A stretch of DNA of 64,000 nucleotides from Bugula neritina (lineage: Eukaryota; Animalia; Bryozoa). The stretch spans positions 29,032,628 to 29,096,627 of the forward strand of contig OZ037767.1 of NCBI GenBank assembly GCA_964035545.1, given 5' to 3'. Shown piece by piece: positions 39,547 through 52,700 of this stretch; positions within the stretch are counted from its first letter, which is position 1, and each line of letters begins with the position of its first letter. A program made the translations under genes and the position numbers. The notes under the pieces were generated by a model. The model was not told where the DNA came from. It searched no databases and saw nothing but the letters and a program-made list of their open reading frames with translations.

Positions 39547-42500
39547 CTACTTAGCACGCTTTGAATGGGAAGTAGTTCCGTGTGTTAGTTTAGATCTTTT
39601 TTTTGTAATTTTACCAATGAGGTAACATCTATGACACTGTCCATTTTGACGTGTCGCAGTTCTCAAGTTACAACTGATGCATGGCTCTCCTGTGGATGAA
39701 AACTCATCAAAATTCAAAATACCTCCACGTATAGTAAAGTCTGGAATTATTCTCTCTGGCAGGCGTGCAGTACGGATGTAAGGACTATCTCGTTTATAGC
39801 TACCTGTTGACATAAAAGTTGCCTGAAAGTTATTTTTGTTTTTATGGCAATGCATTCCAGCTACTGCTATTAACATGATTCTGTAAATGTCATTATTTCA
39901 TTATTATAATTTGTTTAGACAGGACATTGCTTCACTCGTGCTGGACAAATTTGAAATACAATAAAACAAATGTATTAGAATTTACATCATATAATTTTAC
40001 CATTTTTTTTCAAAAAGTCAGCGTATCTTTCAGACGAATACTTAACCAGCTCAGTTAAAGTGTCAGAAGGCTTGTTTGAGCAAATTTTTTTATAAAGGGT
40101 ATCTTTCAGCTCCGCCATATAGTGCACATCTACAAGAAATTAAAAACGATAGTTTACATTAAATTAAAACAAAGGCATGGCTAATATAGCGCTCAAAACA
40201 ACAGTTACCAGTTGCAGCATATTCCATGTATTCTTGCTCCAATGGACGCTTTTTCCAAAGCTCTTTGTCTGAATCAAGTGCTTTATGCATCTTTTTTTTG
40301 GCAGCACCGGAGAAGCCACAATCTGTCAAAAAATCAAGAAGCAAATCAAAACTACACTTCAATGAGCTATTATGAAGTGCGTGTGTGTGTGTGTGTGCGT
40401 GTTCACTGCAGAACATACAACTGCTGTATAACAAATACGGAGCCATAACCCCAACTCTAAATGTTGCATGCTATGTATTTTAGAAAAATATTATATTATG
40501 TGCAAACCCAAACTATGCACATTAAATAAAAGATCTGAGTTAACATCAACATGCTGGCATAGCTCTAAATTTTACTTGAACTGGTTTTAATACATGAGCT
40601 TTGTTTTATGATAATGCCCATTTCATTTTTAATACTTTAGCTATATTTTAAATCCATATACATTTTTTACATTCCAATTCTGTTGTTTCACTATTATATA
40701 CATCACCCTGACGAGTGGCAGTAACTTCATGCTCCAAAACAAATTTGTAGGTGATATAATTGATTTTAAAATAAAAGATCTTTGTCAATTACAACCTATA
40801 TACTTATAGTATCTAGCTCAATTTTCCTAGAAAATTTTGAGCACTATTTGATAACTAGTATTACAATATACATTTTACATATTATATATATATATATATA
40901 TAGTTCATAACATTTTCTCCTAGAGGACAAACCTGTTCATATTTAAGTGATCACAATAGAGTTAATAACTGACTGCTGAAATTTGCTAACGACTGAGTTA
41001 TTTTAGACCGTAGTTTTTGTATAGCAACTTAATATTATGTTTTTGTACACATGACACTTTGTGTAACATTATGTTTATTTTCATAAGTATTAAGCCGTTA
41101 CTACATAATGTTCCCACCTCTCATGTGTTCCTCCATACACGTCTGAAGCCTGCTGACAGACTGCCCATCCCCACCCTGATGCTTCATATTAATACAATCG
41201 AGTAGTTGAATGTCCAGCATACCTGCAATGTTGACATACAAGCATTGTTTGCCTACAAATAATGTGGACTGTAAAAGCAGTTAGGATAGTTTTATTGTGA
41301 CTATTTGTTTGAATTAAAATATTAACCATAGTGACAACTTAGTAACTACAAGCATGTGGTAATGTTTGTTGGTCGACCTAATATTATATTACAGCTTTTT
41401 TATAATATGTATTATGTTATACAACAATTTCCTACATGATGTAACACAGGTACACTTTAAGTTCCATATAGCTATAGTAATACATAGTTGTTATAAACAA
41501 TATGTAATGCAGGTGGCTACTTGCACAAAATACTTTATCATTTAATTGCAATATCAAGCAGAAATCAATTTATTATAAGTGACTATATATAACTGTGAGT
41601 ACAGTGATTAAAATCAGCATGTGTTTGCTGTTGCTTCCAACTACAAAGACTTATAGCTGTGTTCTTGTATAAAAACTGAAATATGAACCCTCTCTCAACA
41701 GTTTGAAAAAGAGGAATTATATGTCTGTAAAAAATGTTAATAACAGCAGCTATATGCATGTATATAATATGGTTATTGTTTGTATGGTATTTTTAGTAAC
41801 TATTAATTAGCAAGATGCTAAGGTGATATAATAGGCCTATTAATTTTTTCATTGTCGCACATTTCTAAAACACTAGTACTAAAATATTGTTTTATGTTGC
41901 CAAGTTTTGATGGCATATTGCTGATATGTTGTAAATGCTTATAGGTGTTGTAGATATTTATAGTTTTGATAATTTACTGCAGATTCTTGAAAAAAAACTT
42001 GTGTGATACTGAAAAGCAGTAACTTGAAGTGAAATTAAGTAGGAAACGAAAAATACAAAAGTATGTAAAACTGACTAAAGATCATAAAATATGACAATTT
42101 TCAGAGAGATTTAAAAATGTGTTACTTCCCTATTATGTCAGATGATGTACGATATACTTACTAATTTCAATTCTAAATACATGAAATTAGGTGTCAGGGT
42201 TTTCCATAGAACAAATGTTATTTGATTAAATGAATTTATACAAGAATTCACTAACTGTAGATGTGTACAGAAGTAATCTATTAACCAATCAAGAAGTTAT
42301 AGTTTCAATAGAAAGTTATAATGACTTTTTACCTTGAACTTTGACCCCATATTGATGCTGCAAGGCATTGCAATCTTCACGACAATCATAAAACAGTTTG
42401 GTGATTTTTGCATCTTCCAGTATATCTTTCAAACCTGAATCAATCATTAAATGGACGTATTATATAGTTTTTATGTTCAAAGCCTTTATTGATGAGAAAC

Positions 42501-43396
42501 TAGGACCGTTCTCAATTTTTAAATGTTTGAACTGCCAGTTCATGTTTCTAAAAATAATGTTCGGAAGAAAATGTTATATAAAAAGCTCATAAGTATCTCA
42601 ACACTGTTACACACTGATGCATTCTCTTCCTATAACACATCTAAATGAGCAAACCTTTGACATGTGATACAGAAATGTTGCATGCCGCTGTTTATCTTGT
42701 AAAAAAGGTAGCATTTTTTAAAATTCAGGTAATGAAAAATTGTTTTTATCTATTTCTATTTGCTCTAAAAGACTTGTAACTAAGAGTAAAACTACCAAAA
42801 CACTTCAGGTAAATATGATAACAGACACTCTAGCTGCAACCTCAATGGTCAGTACAGAATGAGTTTCTATTTGCAGCCATATACATTCAAATGTGACCTC
42901 AGGTAGTCTGCTAATGGCTTGGCATGTGCCATAACTCATACAAGTAAACTATAGCTAAGGTTTGAGAAAGCAACCTGCAAAAACATGCTATAATATGAGA
43001 TGACTTAGCTTGGCATTAAAGTGCTGCAATGCATCAGATGTTGATATTGTACAATGATTTTTAGAATGGAATTATATTAGCATCAAACTTATAGTAAGAT
43101 TCCTGCTTACCTGCATCGAATATTTTCTTCCCCAAGACCACCACATCAAAGAGATACACTTTCTGTTTAGTTGCTACTTGGACCAGACACAACTCTCCAG
43201 TCCTCCCCAGCTCCACACTTTCACAGTCCACACTTAGCTGAGTTTCTTCTCTCAGAAGTTCTATAACTTCTGGTAGCTGATCTTCCTGGTCAATCAGTTC
43301 CATGGGAATGCTAGCAGCTGGTAGCTGATCTTCTTGATTAATCGGGTCAGTGGAAATATTTCTACTTTTTGACCTTAAATTATATGGAGGATCCAT
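39547..43396 (-). CDS. EXD1/Egalitarian-like DEDDy exonuclease with C4 motif, copy A2
   Basis: Exons ~43111-43396 (SVDCESVELGRTG), 42333-42434, 41118-41222, 40209-40323, 40001-40129, 39547-39803 (CISC..CHRC). Frame is open through all six exons and YAAT|D is intact. Confidence 0.87.
40403..40880 (+). mobile_element. Internally deleted Penelope-like element (short RT stub fused to GIY-YIG C-terminus and 3' tail), antisense in intron 3 of A2
   Basis: 40441-40580 translates SHNPNSKCCMLCILEKYYIMCKPKLCTLNKRSELTSTCWHSSKFLL, matching the recalled PLE ORF end (CxLCLxEKxxI..LNKRSELxSxCRHxxKFLL). It is followed by a hammerhead-like motif, flanked by (GT)n and (TA)n, and absent from A1. Confidence 0.8.
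40702..40755 (+). ncRNA. Minimal type I hammerhead ribozyme motif of the Penelope-like element, core mutated (GAAA->AAAA)
   Basis: ATCACC-CTGACGA-GTGGCA(gtaacttca)TGCTCC-AAAA-CAAATTTGT-A-GGTGAT: perfect 6-bp stem I, CUGANGA box, stem II with one mismatch, palindromic stem III ACAAATTTGT, GUA cleavage triplet. Confidence 0.7.
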
Positions 43397-43877
43397 AATA
43401 TGCCACTGCTTTACAATGGTTAAAAAGTAAATTTCTTATGAAGAGAAGTTTATATCCGAAATGCTTTGGTGTATGTTTCAGAAGATTACCGAGCCTAGGT
43501 GTTAACAAAGAGCAATATATTAGGATTAGACATTTTTAGCTTTAGTTATTAGAGATTAGGTATGATAATGTTATGTTTATATAGTTGGGAGAGTATCCCC
43601 TACCACACATATAGTTTTAGTCAAAGTCATGAACAAAGGCTAGGTATTGAATTTGCAAAATAAGCTTTGCTGATCAATGCATTTTGATAAAAGTCAATAA
43701 AATGCTTACAATACAGTTAATATCTGCACTATTGTGTATATGCATATTATGTAAAATGATTGTTCACTATACATAGTCATACAAAGGATCAATGGATTGT
43801 TAATAGAATTCCCCCTTTTTTCTCTTGATGCTTGGGCTATAACCTTTTGGTCACAAACCCAGCCATCATTTCCAATC

Positions 43878-44027
43878 AGGAGCAGTAGTGGAGAAATTGA
43901 GATAGATTAAGTTTTTAACTTTATTATTAATTTTTGGGTTGGGGCGTGGGTTGAAATTCTTGTGAGAACATAACTACATGTCTAATCCAGAACACAGGAT
44001 GTTCTCAATTTCTCCATTACTGCACCT
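43878..44027. mobile_element. MITE-like element, ~150 bp, 25-bp terminal inverted repeats
   Basis: AGGAGCAGTAGTGGAGAAATTGAGA ... TCTCAATTTCTCCATTACTGCACCT (23/25 complementary). Empty site in unit 1 at ~35080. Degenerate flanking direct repeat CATCATTTCC / CATCATCTCT. Confidence 0.75.
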
Positions 44028-44383
44028 ACCTCATCATCTCTAGCTTTACAATAACTTCGAATAGATAGAAATCGTAATAATTATTCTAACCAACTTGATT
44101 ATTTATTTTTCTTTTAATTTGGTACAACTTGCAACTTGTACTAAAACACAGGCACCCAGGCAGGCTAATACATATTATAATATATGGGAAATACACTGTC
44201 TGAAATTGAAAAAATAATTGACAAAGCTTTATTATTTTTCATTTCAAGTTTATGCCCCTAGGTTTGCAGTTGACAGCCAAATTGACACACAATATTCTGG
44301 TTACAGAAAAAATGGTGATTATGTCTTTATTCTATCATACAAATCACATAGAATATTATTGACATAACATTTTGCATATAAGA

Positions 44384-46647
44384 TTATATAAATTGCAAAC
44401 TCTTAGACTGCTGTAGATAGAGAATAACATTGCATCTATGACACGTTTTCTTATACAGGACTTCAGCTCTCCAATTGCAAATGGTGCACAACACTCCTGT
44501 GGAGGGAAACTTCTCAATATTCCAAGTTCCTCCCCTCCTAGTGACTTCTGGAATTATCCTCTCAGGCAGACGTGCAGATTGGAAGTATGGACTACCTTGC
44601 TTGTATTCCCCTAAACAAAGCTGAGAATATTAACTTCCTCCTTTAGACTGACAGTGATATAGCAAAACTACGGTGAACAGATTGCACTGTGTATTTTAGC
44701 TGTTATAACAAACTTGCGGACAAAACAAAGTGGACAGAAACATTCATGTTTTTATAAAAAGTGTAGCAGATTTAAATGTGATACATAGAACTTTAGGATT
44801 GTTCAACTCTTTTTACTGTAAATTATAAAACCTTCACCCGACTGGGATTTGAACCTGAGATCTCAGGCTTGTAATTACACCACAGGGGCTACTGGGCATT
44901 CTCAATACTATATAGATAGAGCCCATTTAAGTAAAAAGGCTTTTGTAACTATCAGTAATTACTTACTATTTTCTCTCATGAATTCAGCATATCTTTCAGA
45001 GGAATACTTAACCAGCTCAGTTAAAGTGGCAGCAAGCATTCGTGATCCTATTCTTTTATAAAGAGCATCTTTCAGCTTTGCCAAATAGTACACTTCTAAA
45101 GGAAATAATAGCAATTGATTGTATTTGATGTTGTATAAGCAAAACATGTAAGGCTTGGAGCAAGAGAACTATAGTCTCAAGTATAAGTTACCAGTTGCAG
45201 CATACGGCATGTACTTTTCCTTCAATGATTGCTTCTCCCAAAGTTCCTTGTCAGAGTTGAATGCTCTGAATAAATTTTCTTTGGCAAGAGTTGAAATACT
45301 ACATCCTAAAGAATATTACAGATGTTGATTACTCAAATAAAATATAGTTTTCTTTACTAAGCCAACAGCTAATTGGTTACCATAAACAATCATTGTGGTT
45401 GTCTGAAAATAAAATACTTTGAATTCAAAATATTGATAGAAATCATTTCATTTATTCCTAACATATATATAATAATTGTATAATATAGCTATTATATATC
45501 ATATTATAATTATTGTGTATAAAATATAAACTTATATAACAAATTTTTAGTCCTTAGCAACTCACCTTCCATGTGATATTCAATACATCTGTGGAGGCTC
45601 TTTGCCCATTTCCATCTTCCATCTTCTATTTCAAGTTTCATTTGAATAGCATTGAGTATTTGAAGGTCTAAGATACCTGTCAAAGTAGTATATAACATAC
45701 AATATATAATACATATGTTATACATATACATCCATAATACAACACATGTAGAATACATATATGATGCATATATTATAGACTGCACAGTCTGGAAACAGAA
45801 AAGAAGTCATGTTATGTAGTACTATACACACAGAGTAGTATAATAGTAGTATCCACCTGAATTTTAATTAACACATATATAAGGTACAAAATACTAACTG
45901 ACCTACTAAAAACAGCTTTATGATTGGCTGGTTGATGGAACCACAACATGATGTTGCATGGTAAAAACACATGCTCACTTGAACCCAAAGAACTTACCTT
46001 GAACTTTGACATCATAGCCATGTTGCAGTATGTTGCAATCTTCTCGGCAATCAAAGAAAAGTTTAGTAATTCCAGCATCTTCTAGCACATCCTTTAAACC
46101 TAAAGTTTGCATATTTTTATATCGTTAATTTCAAAAATGTGTTAAAACATTTTTTATAATTACTTTTTTTGCTTTAGTTGCCGTTATTGAAAAAGTTGAC
46201 CTAGTTTAGGTTAGTTCGAATATTAGTATTGCTAACTGGATATTATAAAAATCAGTAAAACAATACACGAAACTTTTTCATTTTAGCAATAACAAGCTGT
46301 ATCTTACAGACATTTTAATAAAACCAATATCGAAAATTTAGTGATGCCAACACAAATAAATTAACTACCAAAATGGAAAGAGTTTACGTTTCACCTTGAT
46401 CGAATATTTTCCTCCCCAAGACTACCACATCAAAGAGATACACTTTCTGTTTAGTTGCTACTTGAACCAGACACAACTCTCCAAATCTCCCCAGCTCCAC
46501 ACCTTCACAGTCCACACTTAGCTGAGTTTCTTCTCCCAGAAGTTGTATAACATCTGGTAGCTGATGTTCTTGGTCAATCAGCTCCATGGGAATGCTTTCA
46601 CTGTCCACCCTCAACTCAGAGAAACCAGCCAATTGGTCCTCTGCCAT
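44384..46647 (-). CDS. EXD1-like exonuclease with C4 motif, copy B2 (ExoIII Asp->Glu)
   Basis: Exons ~46395-46647, 45998-46099, 45566-45676, 45192-45306, 44966-45094, 44384-44610 (CTIC..CHRC). Open frame; the exon 4/5 junction G|AA gives YAATE. Confidence 0.86.
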
Positions 46648-47228
46648 AATGTAGCTATGATTAATAAAACTTCTCTTACTTGAGTTACCTTCAGCTTGTT
46701 AATTTACCAGTTTTTGGTAACAGACTGAGCTTGCGGTTAAAAGAGTTGGTGGCTTTTTGTATGGCTGCATATAGCTTTAAATTGGAAGGTTATGCTTTCA
46801 GATTGAAAGCTGTATTCAATGAAAATCATTTTTTAATTATATAAGAGACAAACCCAAAGGCTGACTGCTTCTGAAAAGAAATTTAATGATCACTTTAGTT
46901 AGTCATTAGAATAAAAAAGACAAATATATGTCCATTGATAAAATTTATGATTAGTATATATTAAAAGAAGTATCAGCAAGAAATAGTTGTTAAGGTTATG
47001 TTCCTATGTTAGCAGTTGATCACTAAAATCACAAGATGTACAGTGATTACACAAAGTGTGTTAAACACATCTACACATGCGTTTGTTATATAACGTTTCA
47101 GCTTCGGATGTAATGAAAAACATTAGTCTTTCCAAGCCTCTCTCTCCTCCCCCTCCCCCCTCTCTCTCTCTTACCATGAGTTGAAGTAATTCAAGTAAAC
47201 AGATATATTAGTAAAATCAAGTACTTAC

Positions 47229-47563
47229 TACTTTCCCGTATGAAGTCGGCATGCCTTTCAGTTCAGGTAAAATTGCATCAGGTATTTGTAAGCTCATTTT
47301 TTCATCAAGAATATTTTTCGTCTGTTCCATATAGCACACATCTATGAGGATAAGGTATTGAGGCACTTTATTAGATATTATAAAAGTAAAGCATGCAAAG
47401 CTTTGACTAGAAAGTGGGTAAATGACAACACATAAATATACATTACCAGTTGCAGCATATTTCATGTATTTTTTCTTCAATGGTCTCTTAATCTCAAAAG
47501 CTCTCTGTCGGAGTTTAATGCTCTGCGTACTCTTTCCTTGGCAGCAATTGAGGAACCGCATCC
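47229..47563 (-). pseudogene. Orphan exons 4-5 of a C-type EXD1-like gene (fragment C2, decayed)
   Basis: Paralogous to 38428-38777, with an additional 16-nt deletion in exon 5 (~47260) and indels in exon 4. Same junction and same exon-6 deletion as C1. Confidence 0.88.
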
Positions 47564-48316
47564 TGATGATAATGAAAATGTTGTCATTGATAATATTAAT
47601 TTACACCTTGAGCTACGAGCAGGTCTGATTTAGTAATAATTATAGTGAACAGTCATCGGGTGGGCTTCTTAAATGTGGCGTGTCCATTTCTTGCATTAGA
47701 TAGCGCGCTCACTCCCAAAAGTTTGAAGTTGCGTCATTGTAGCGTTTAACCTTCACCATGCAGCTGCTATCGAAGTATGGTGGGAGTTACAAAATTGCGT
47801 AATAGTAGTACTATTATAGTACGAATATTTCATATACCTGCTAATTTCTCTGTAATGTTAGTTGCTTAGCTTTACAATTCGAAGACATTTAACTAATAAA
47901 TTAAAAATGAACCAAAATACCTGTTTGTGTAAATTAACATTCAAATATCAAATGTGGTGTTTTATTGAATGAAATAAGCCTACAAATAAACTAATAAATT
48001 AAAAGACAAAAATCAAGATTAAAAACTGTGAGAATCAAAGAGAATTTAAAAGAAATTAGAAAAAATATTTATTATAGGCCTACATAGGCAGCTATATAAT
48101 ATTTATATATATATAGCTATCAAAAAATAATATAAAGTTTCACAATAAATAAATCATACTTGTAGATACAATCTGACATCTCAACCTAATACTAATCTTA
48201 CTCATTTTGAAAATAATGTTTTGACTAAGCAACGTCTTATAAATCTACATATTCCACAGGGTGACAGTCTCAACCCAGTTATAGTTTGTTGAATCAACAG
48301 GGTTAAAGGTCATCAT

Positions 48317-49629
48317 CTACTTAGCACGCTTTGAATGGGAAGTAGTTCCGTGTGTTAGTTTAGATCTTTTTTTTGTAATTTTACCAATGAGGTAACATCT
48401 ATGACACTGTCCATTTTGACGTGTCGCAGTTCTCAAGTTACAACTGATGCATGGTTCTCCTGTGGATGAAAACTCATCAAAATTCAAAATACCTCCACGT
48501 ATGGTAAAGTCTGGAATTATTCTCTCTGGCAGGCGTGCAGTACGGATGTAAGGACTATCTCGTTTATAGCTACCTGTTGACATAAAAGTTGCCTGAAAGT
48601 TAGTTTTGTTTTTATGGCAATGCATTCCAGCTACTGCTATCAACATGATTCAGTAAATGTCATTATTTCATTATTATAATTTGTTTAGACAGGACATTGC
48701 TTCACTCATGCTGAAAAAATTTGAAATACAATAAAACAAATGCATTAGAAATTACAAAATATAATCTTACTATTTTCTCTCAAGAAGTCGGCATATCTTT
48801 CAGACGAATACTTAACCAGCTTAGTTAAAGTGTCAGAAGGCCTGTTTGAGCAAATTTTTTCATAAAGGGTATCTTTCAGCTTCGCCATATAGTACACATC
48901 TACAAGAAATTAAAAACAATAGTTTACATTAAATTAAAACAAAGGCATGGCTAATATAGCGCTCAAAACAATAGTTACCAGTTGCAGCATATTCCATGTA
49001 TTCTTGTTTCAGTGGTCGCTTTTTCCAAAGCTCTTTGTCTGAATCAAATGCTTTATGCATCTTTTTTTTGGCAGCACCGGAAAAGCCACAATCTGTCAAA
49101 AAATCAAGAAGCAAGTCAAAACTACACTCCAATGAGCTATTATGAAGTGCGTGTGCGTGTGCGTGTGCGTGTGCGTGTGCGTGTGCGTGTGCGTGTGCGT
49201 GTGCGTGTGCGTGTGCGTGTGCGTGTGCGTGTGTGTGTTCACTGCTGAACATACAGCTGCTGTATAACAAATACGGAGCGCAATATGATCTTCCATGCCA
49301 GGAAAATGTTAATATACCAATCTGGCCAACCCTGGAGTAAAAAGGGCAGCTCTTTATTTGGCATCACAATGGGCAGCTATGATGGTGCAGAATGTTGCAC
49401 TCTGGTTGGCATATTTTTCTCCATAAAATCAATCAGAAGTTTGAAAACTTATGAAAATAAACATGATATTGCACAAAGTGTCATGTGTACAAAAACATAA
49501 TATTAAGTTGCTATACAAAAACTACGCTCTAAAATAACTCAGTCGTTAGCAAATTTCAGCAGTCAGTTATTAACTCTATTGTGATCACTTAAATATGAAC
49601 AGGTTTGTCCTCTAGGAGAAAATGTTATG

Positions 49630-49709
<80 letters not shown>

Positions 49710-52700
49710 ACTGACTGCTGAAATTTGCTAACGACTGAGTTATTTTAGAGCGTAGTTTTTGTATAGCAACTTAACATTATGTTTTTTTACACATGACACT
49801 TTGTGTAACATTACGTTTATTTTCATAAGTATTAAGCCGTTACTACATAATGTTCCCACCTCTCATGTGTTCCTCCATACACATCTGAAGCCTGCTGACA
49901 GACTGCCCATCCCCACCCTGATGCTTCATATTAATACAATCGAGTAGTTGAATGTCCAGCATACCTGCAATGTTGACATACAAGCATTGTTTGCCTACAA
50001 ATAATGTGGACTGTAAAAGCAGTTAGGATAGTTTTATTGTGACTATTTGAATTAAAATACCAACCATAGTGACAACTTAGTAACTACAAGCATGTGGTAA
50101 TGTTTGTTGGTCGACCTGATATTATATTACAGTGTTTTATAATATGTATTATGTTATACAACAGTTTCCTACATGATGTAACACAGGTACACTTTAAGTT
50201 CCATATAGCTATAGTAATACATAGTTGTTATAAACAATATGTAATGCAGGTGGCTACTTGCACAAAAGACTTTATTATTTAATTGCAATATCAAGCAAAA
50301 ATCAATTTATTATAAGTGACTATATATAACTGTGAGTACAGTTATTAAAATCAGCATGTGTTTGCTGTTGCTTCCAACTACAAAGACTTATAGCTGTGTT
50401 TTTGTATACAAACTGAAGTATGAACCCTCTCTCAACAGTTTGAAAAAGAGGAATTATATGTCTGTAAAAAATGTTAATAACAGCAGCTATGCATGTATAT
50501 AAAAATATGGTTATTGTTTGTATGGTATTTTTATTAACTATTAATTAGCAAGATGCTAAGGTGATATAATAGGCCTATTGATTTTTTCATTGTCACACAT
50601 TTCTAAAACACTAGTTCTAAAATATTGTTTTATGTTACCAAGTTTTGATGGCATGTTGCTGATATGTTGCAAATGTTTATAGGTGTTGTAGATATTTGTA
50701 GTTTTGATAATTTACTGCAGATTCTTAAAAAACTTGTGTGATACTGAAAAGCAGTAACTTGAAGTAAAATTAAGTAGAAAACGAAAAATATGAAAGTATG
50801 TAAAACTGACTAAAGATAATAGAATATGACAATTTTCAGAGAGATTTAAAAATGTGTTACTTCCCTATTATGTCAGATGATGCATGTACGATATACTTAC
50901 TAATTTCAATTCTAAATACATGCAATTAGGTCCCTAGAACATGCAGTGTGATTAGGTTAAATGAATTTATACAAGAATTTACCAACTGTAGATGTGTACA
51001 AAAGTATTCTATTAACCAATCAAGAAGGTATAGTTTCAGTTAAAAGTTACTGTTACTGGCCCCGTATGAATTAAACCAGGATTTCCAAACGCAGAAGTTT
51101 ATTGGTTATACTTGTTGGTAAACTTGCTGGTAAAAACTAAATAAGAAAGGCAAAAGTTATATAAATGATTGCATGCATATAAATGTGGTTAAAATATTAA
51201 AGTAATGCTCACAAAAACCATAAAGTAAATTTATTATAAAATAATAATTCAGATAATAATATGAATAAAAGTAACTAACCTCTTGGGTCCTTCATAAACA
51301 GTGCCAGTAAATAATATATTGTCAAACCAGTAGAAGAATAAAATAATAAGTACAGTTTTGTTAAAGAGTGCTGCCAACTGATTGTATTAAGTTTGTAAAG
51401 TGTTTATATACTCTGGTTGTTGTTACTGTACCAGGCAAAAACATATTGCATAAACGACTATTGTCCCTAAAAATTACCACAATGATTGTGTCCCAAAACA
51501 TAGTAAACATTCACTAGGTAGCCTCAGGGTACCAACCTAGCCCGTACAGGTAGGGCAAGAATGACAGCCACCCCAACCACAATGACCTGACCACAAATCT
51601 AATAGTCAGCACAAGGCAGATGAGTAATGCCTGCTGACGTATGTCACCTAAACATAAATAGGAAGTTAATGGGGTCAATAGTTATTTATAGTGGGCAACA
51701 CACAACCAGTTACAGTTACGATGACTTATTACCTTGAACTTTGACCCCATAAAGATGCTGCAGGGCATTACAATCTTCACGACAATCATAGAACAGTTTG
51801 GTGACTGTCCCATCTTCCAGTATATCTCTCAAACCTGAATCAATCATCAAATAGACATATTATATAGTTTTTATGTTCACAGCCTTTATTGATAAGAAAC
51901 TATGACCGTTCTCAATTTTTAAATGTTTGAACTGCCAGTTCATGTTTCTAAAAATAATGTTCGGAAAAAAATATTATATAAAAAGCTCATAAGTATCTCA
52001 ACACTGTTACACACTGATGCATTCTCTTCCTATAACACATCTAAATGAGCAAACCTTTGACGTATGATACAGAAATGTTGCATGCTACTGTTTCTCTTGT
52101 AAAAGGTAGCATCTTTTAAAATTCAGGTAATGAAAAATTGTTTTTATTTATTTCTATTTGCTCTAAAAGACTTGTAACTAAGAGTAAAACTACCAAAATA
52201 CTTCAGGTAAATATGATAACAGACACTCTAGCTGCAACCTCAATGGTCAGTACAGAATGAGTCTCTATTTGCAGCCATTCTGATATTTTCAAATGTGACC
52301 TCAGGTAGTCTGCTAATGGTTTGGCATGTGGCATAATTCATACAAGTAAACTATAGCTAAGGTTTGAGAAAGCAACCTGCAAAAACACACTATATGAGAT
52401 CACTTAGCTTAGCATTAAAGTGCTGCAATACATCAGATGTTGAAATTGTGCAATGATTTTTAGATTGGAATTATGTTAGCATCAAACTTATAGTAAGATT
52501 CCTGCTTACCTGCATCAAATATTTTCCTCCCCAAGACCACCACATCAAAGAGATACACTTTCTGTGAAGTTGCTACTTGGACCAGACACAACTCTCCAGT
52601 CCTCCCCAGCTCCACACCTTCACAGTCCACACTTAGCTGAGTTTCTTTTTTCAGGACTTGTATAACAACTGGTAGCTGATATTCCTGGTCAATCAGTTCC

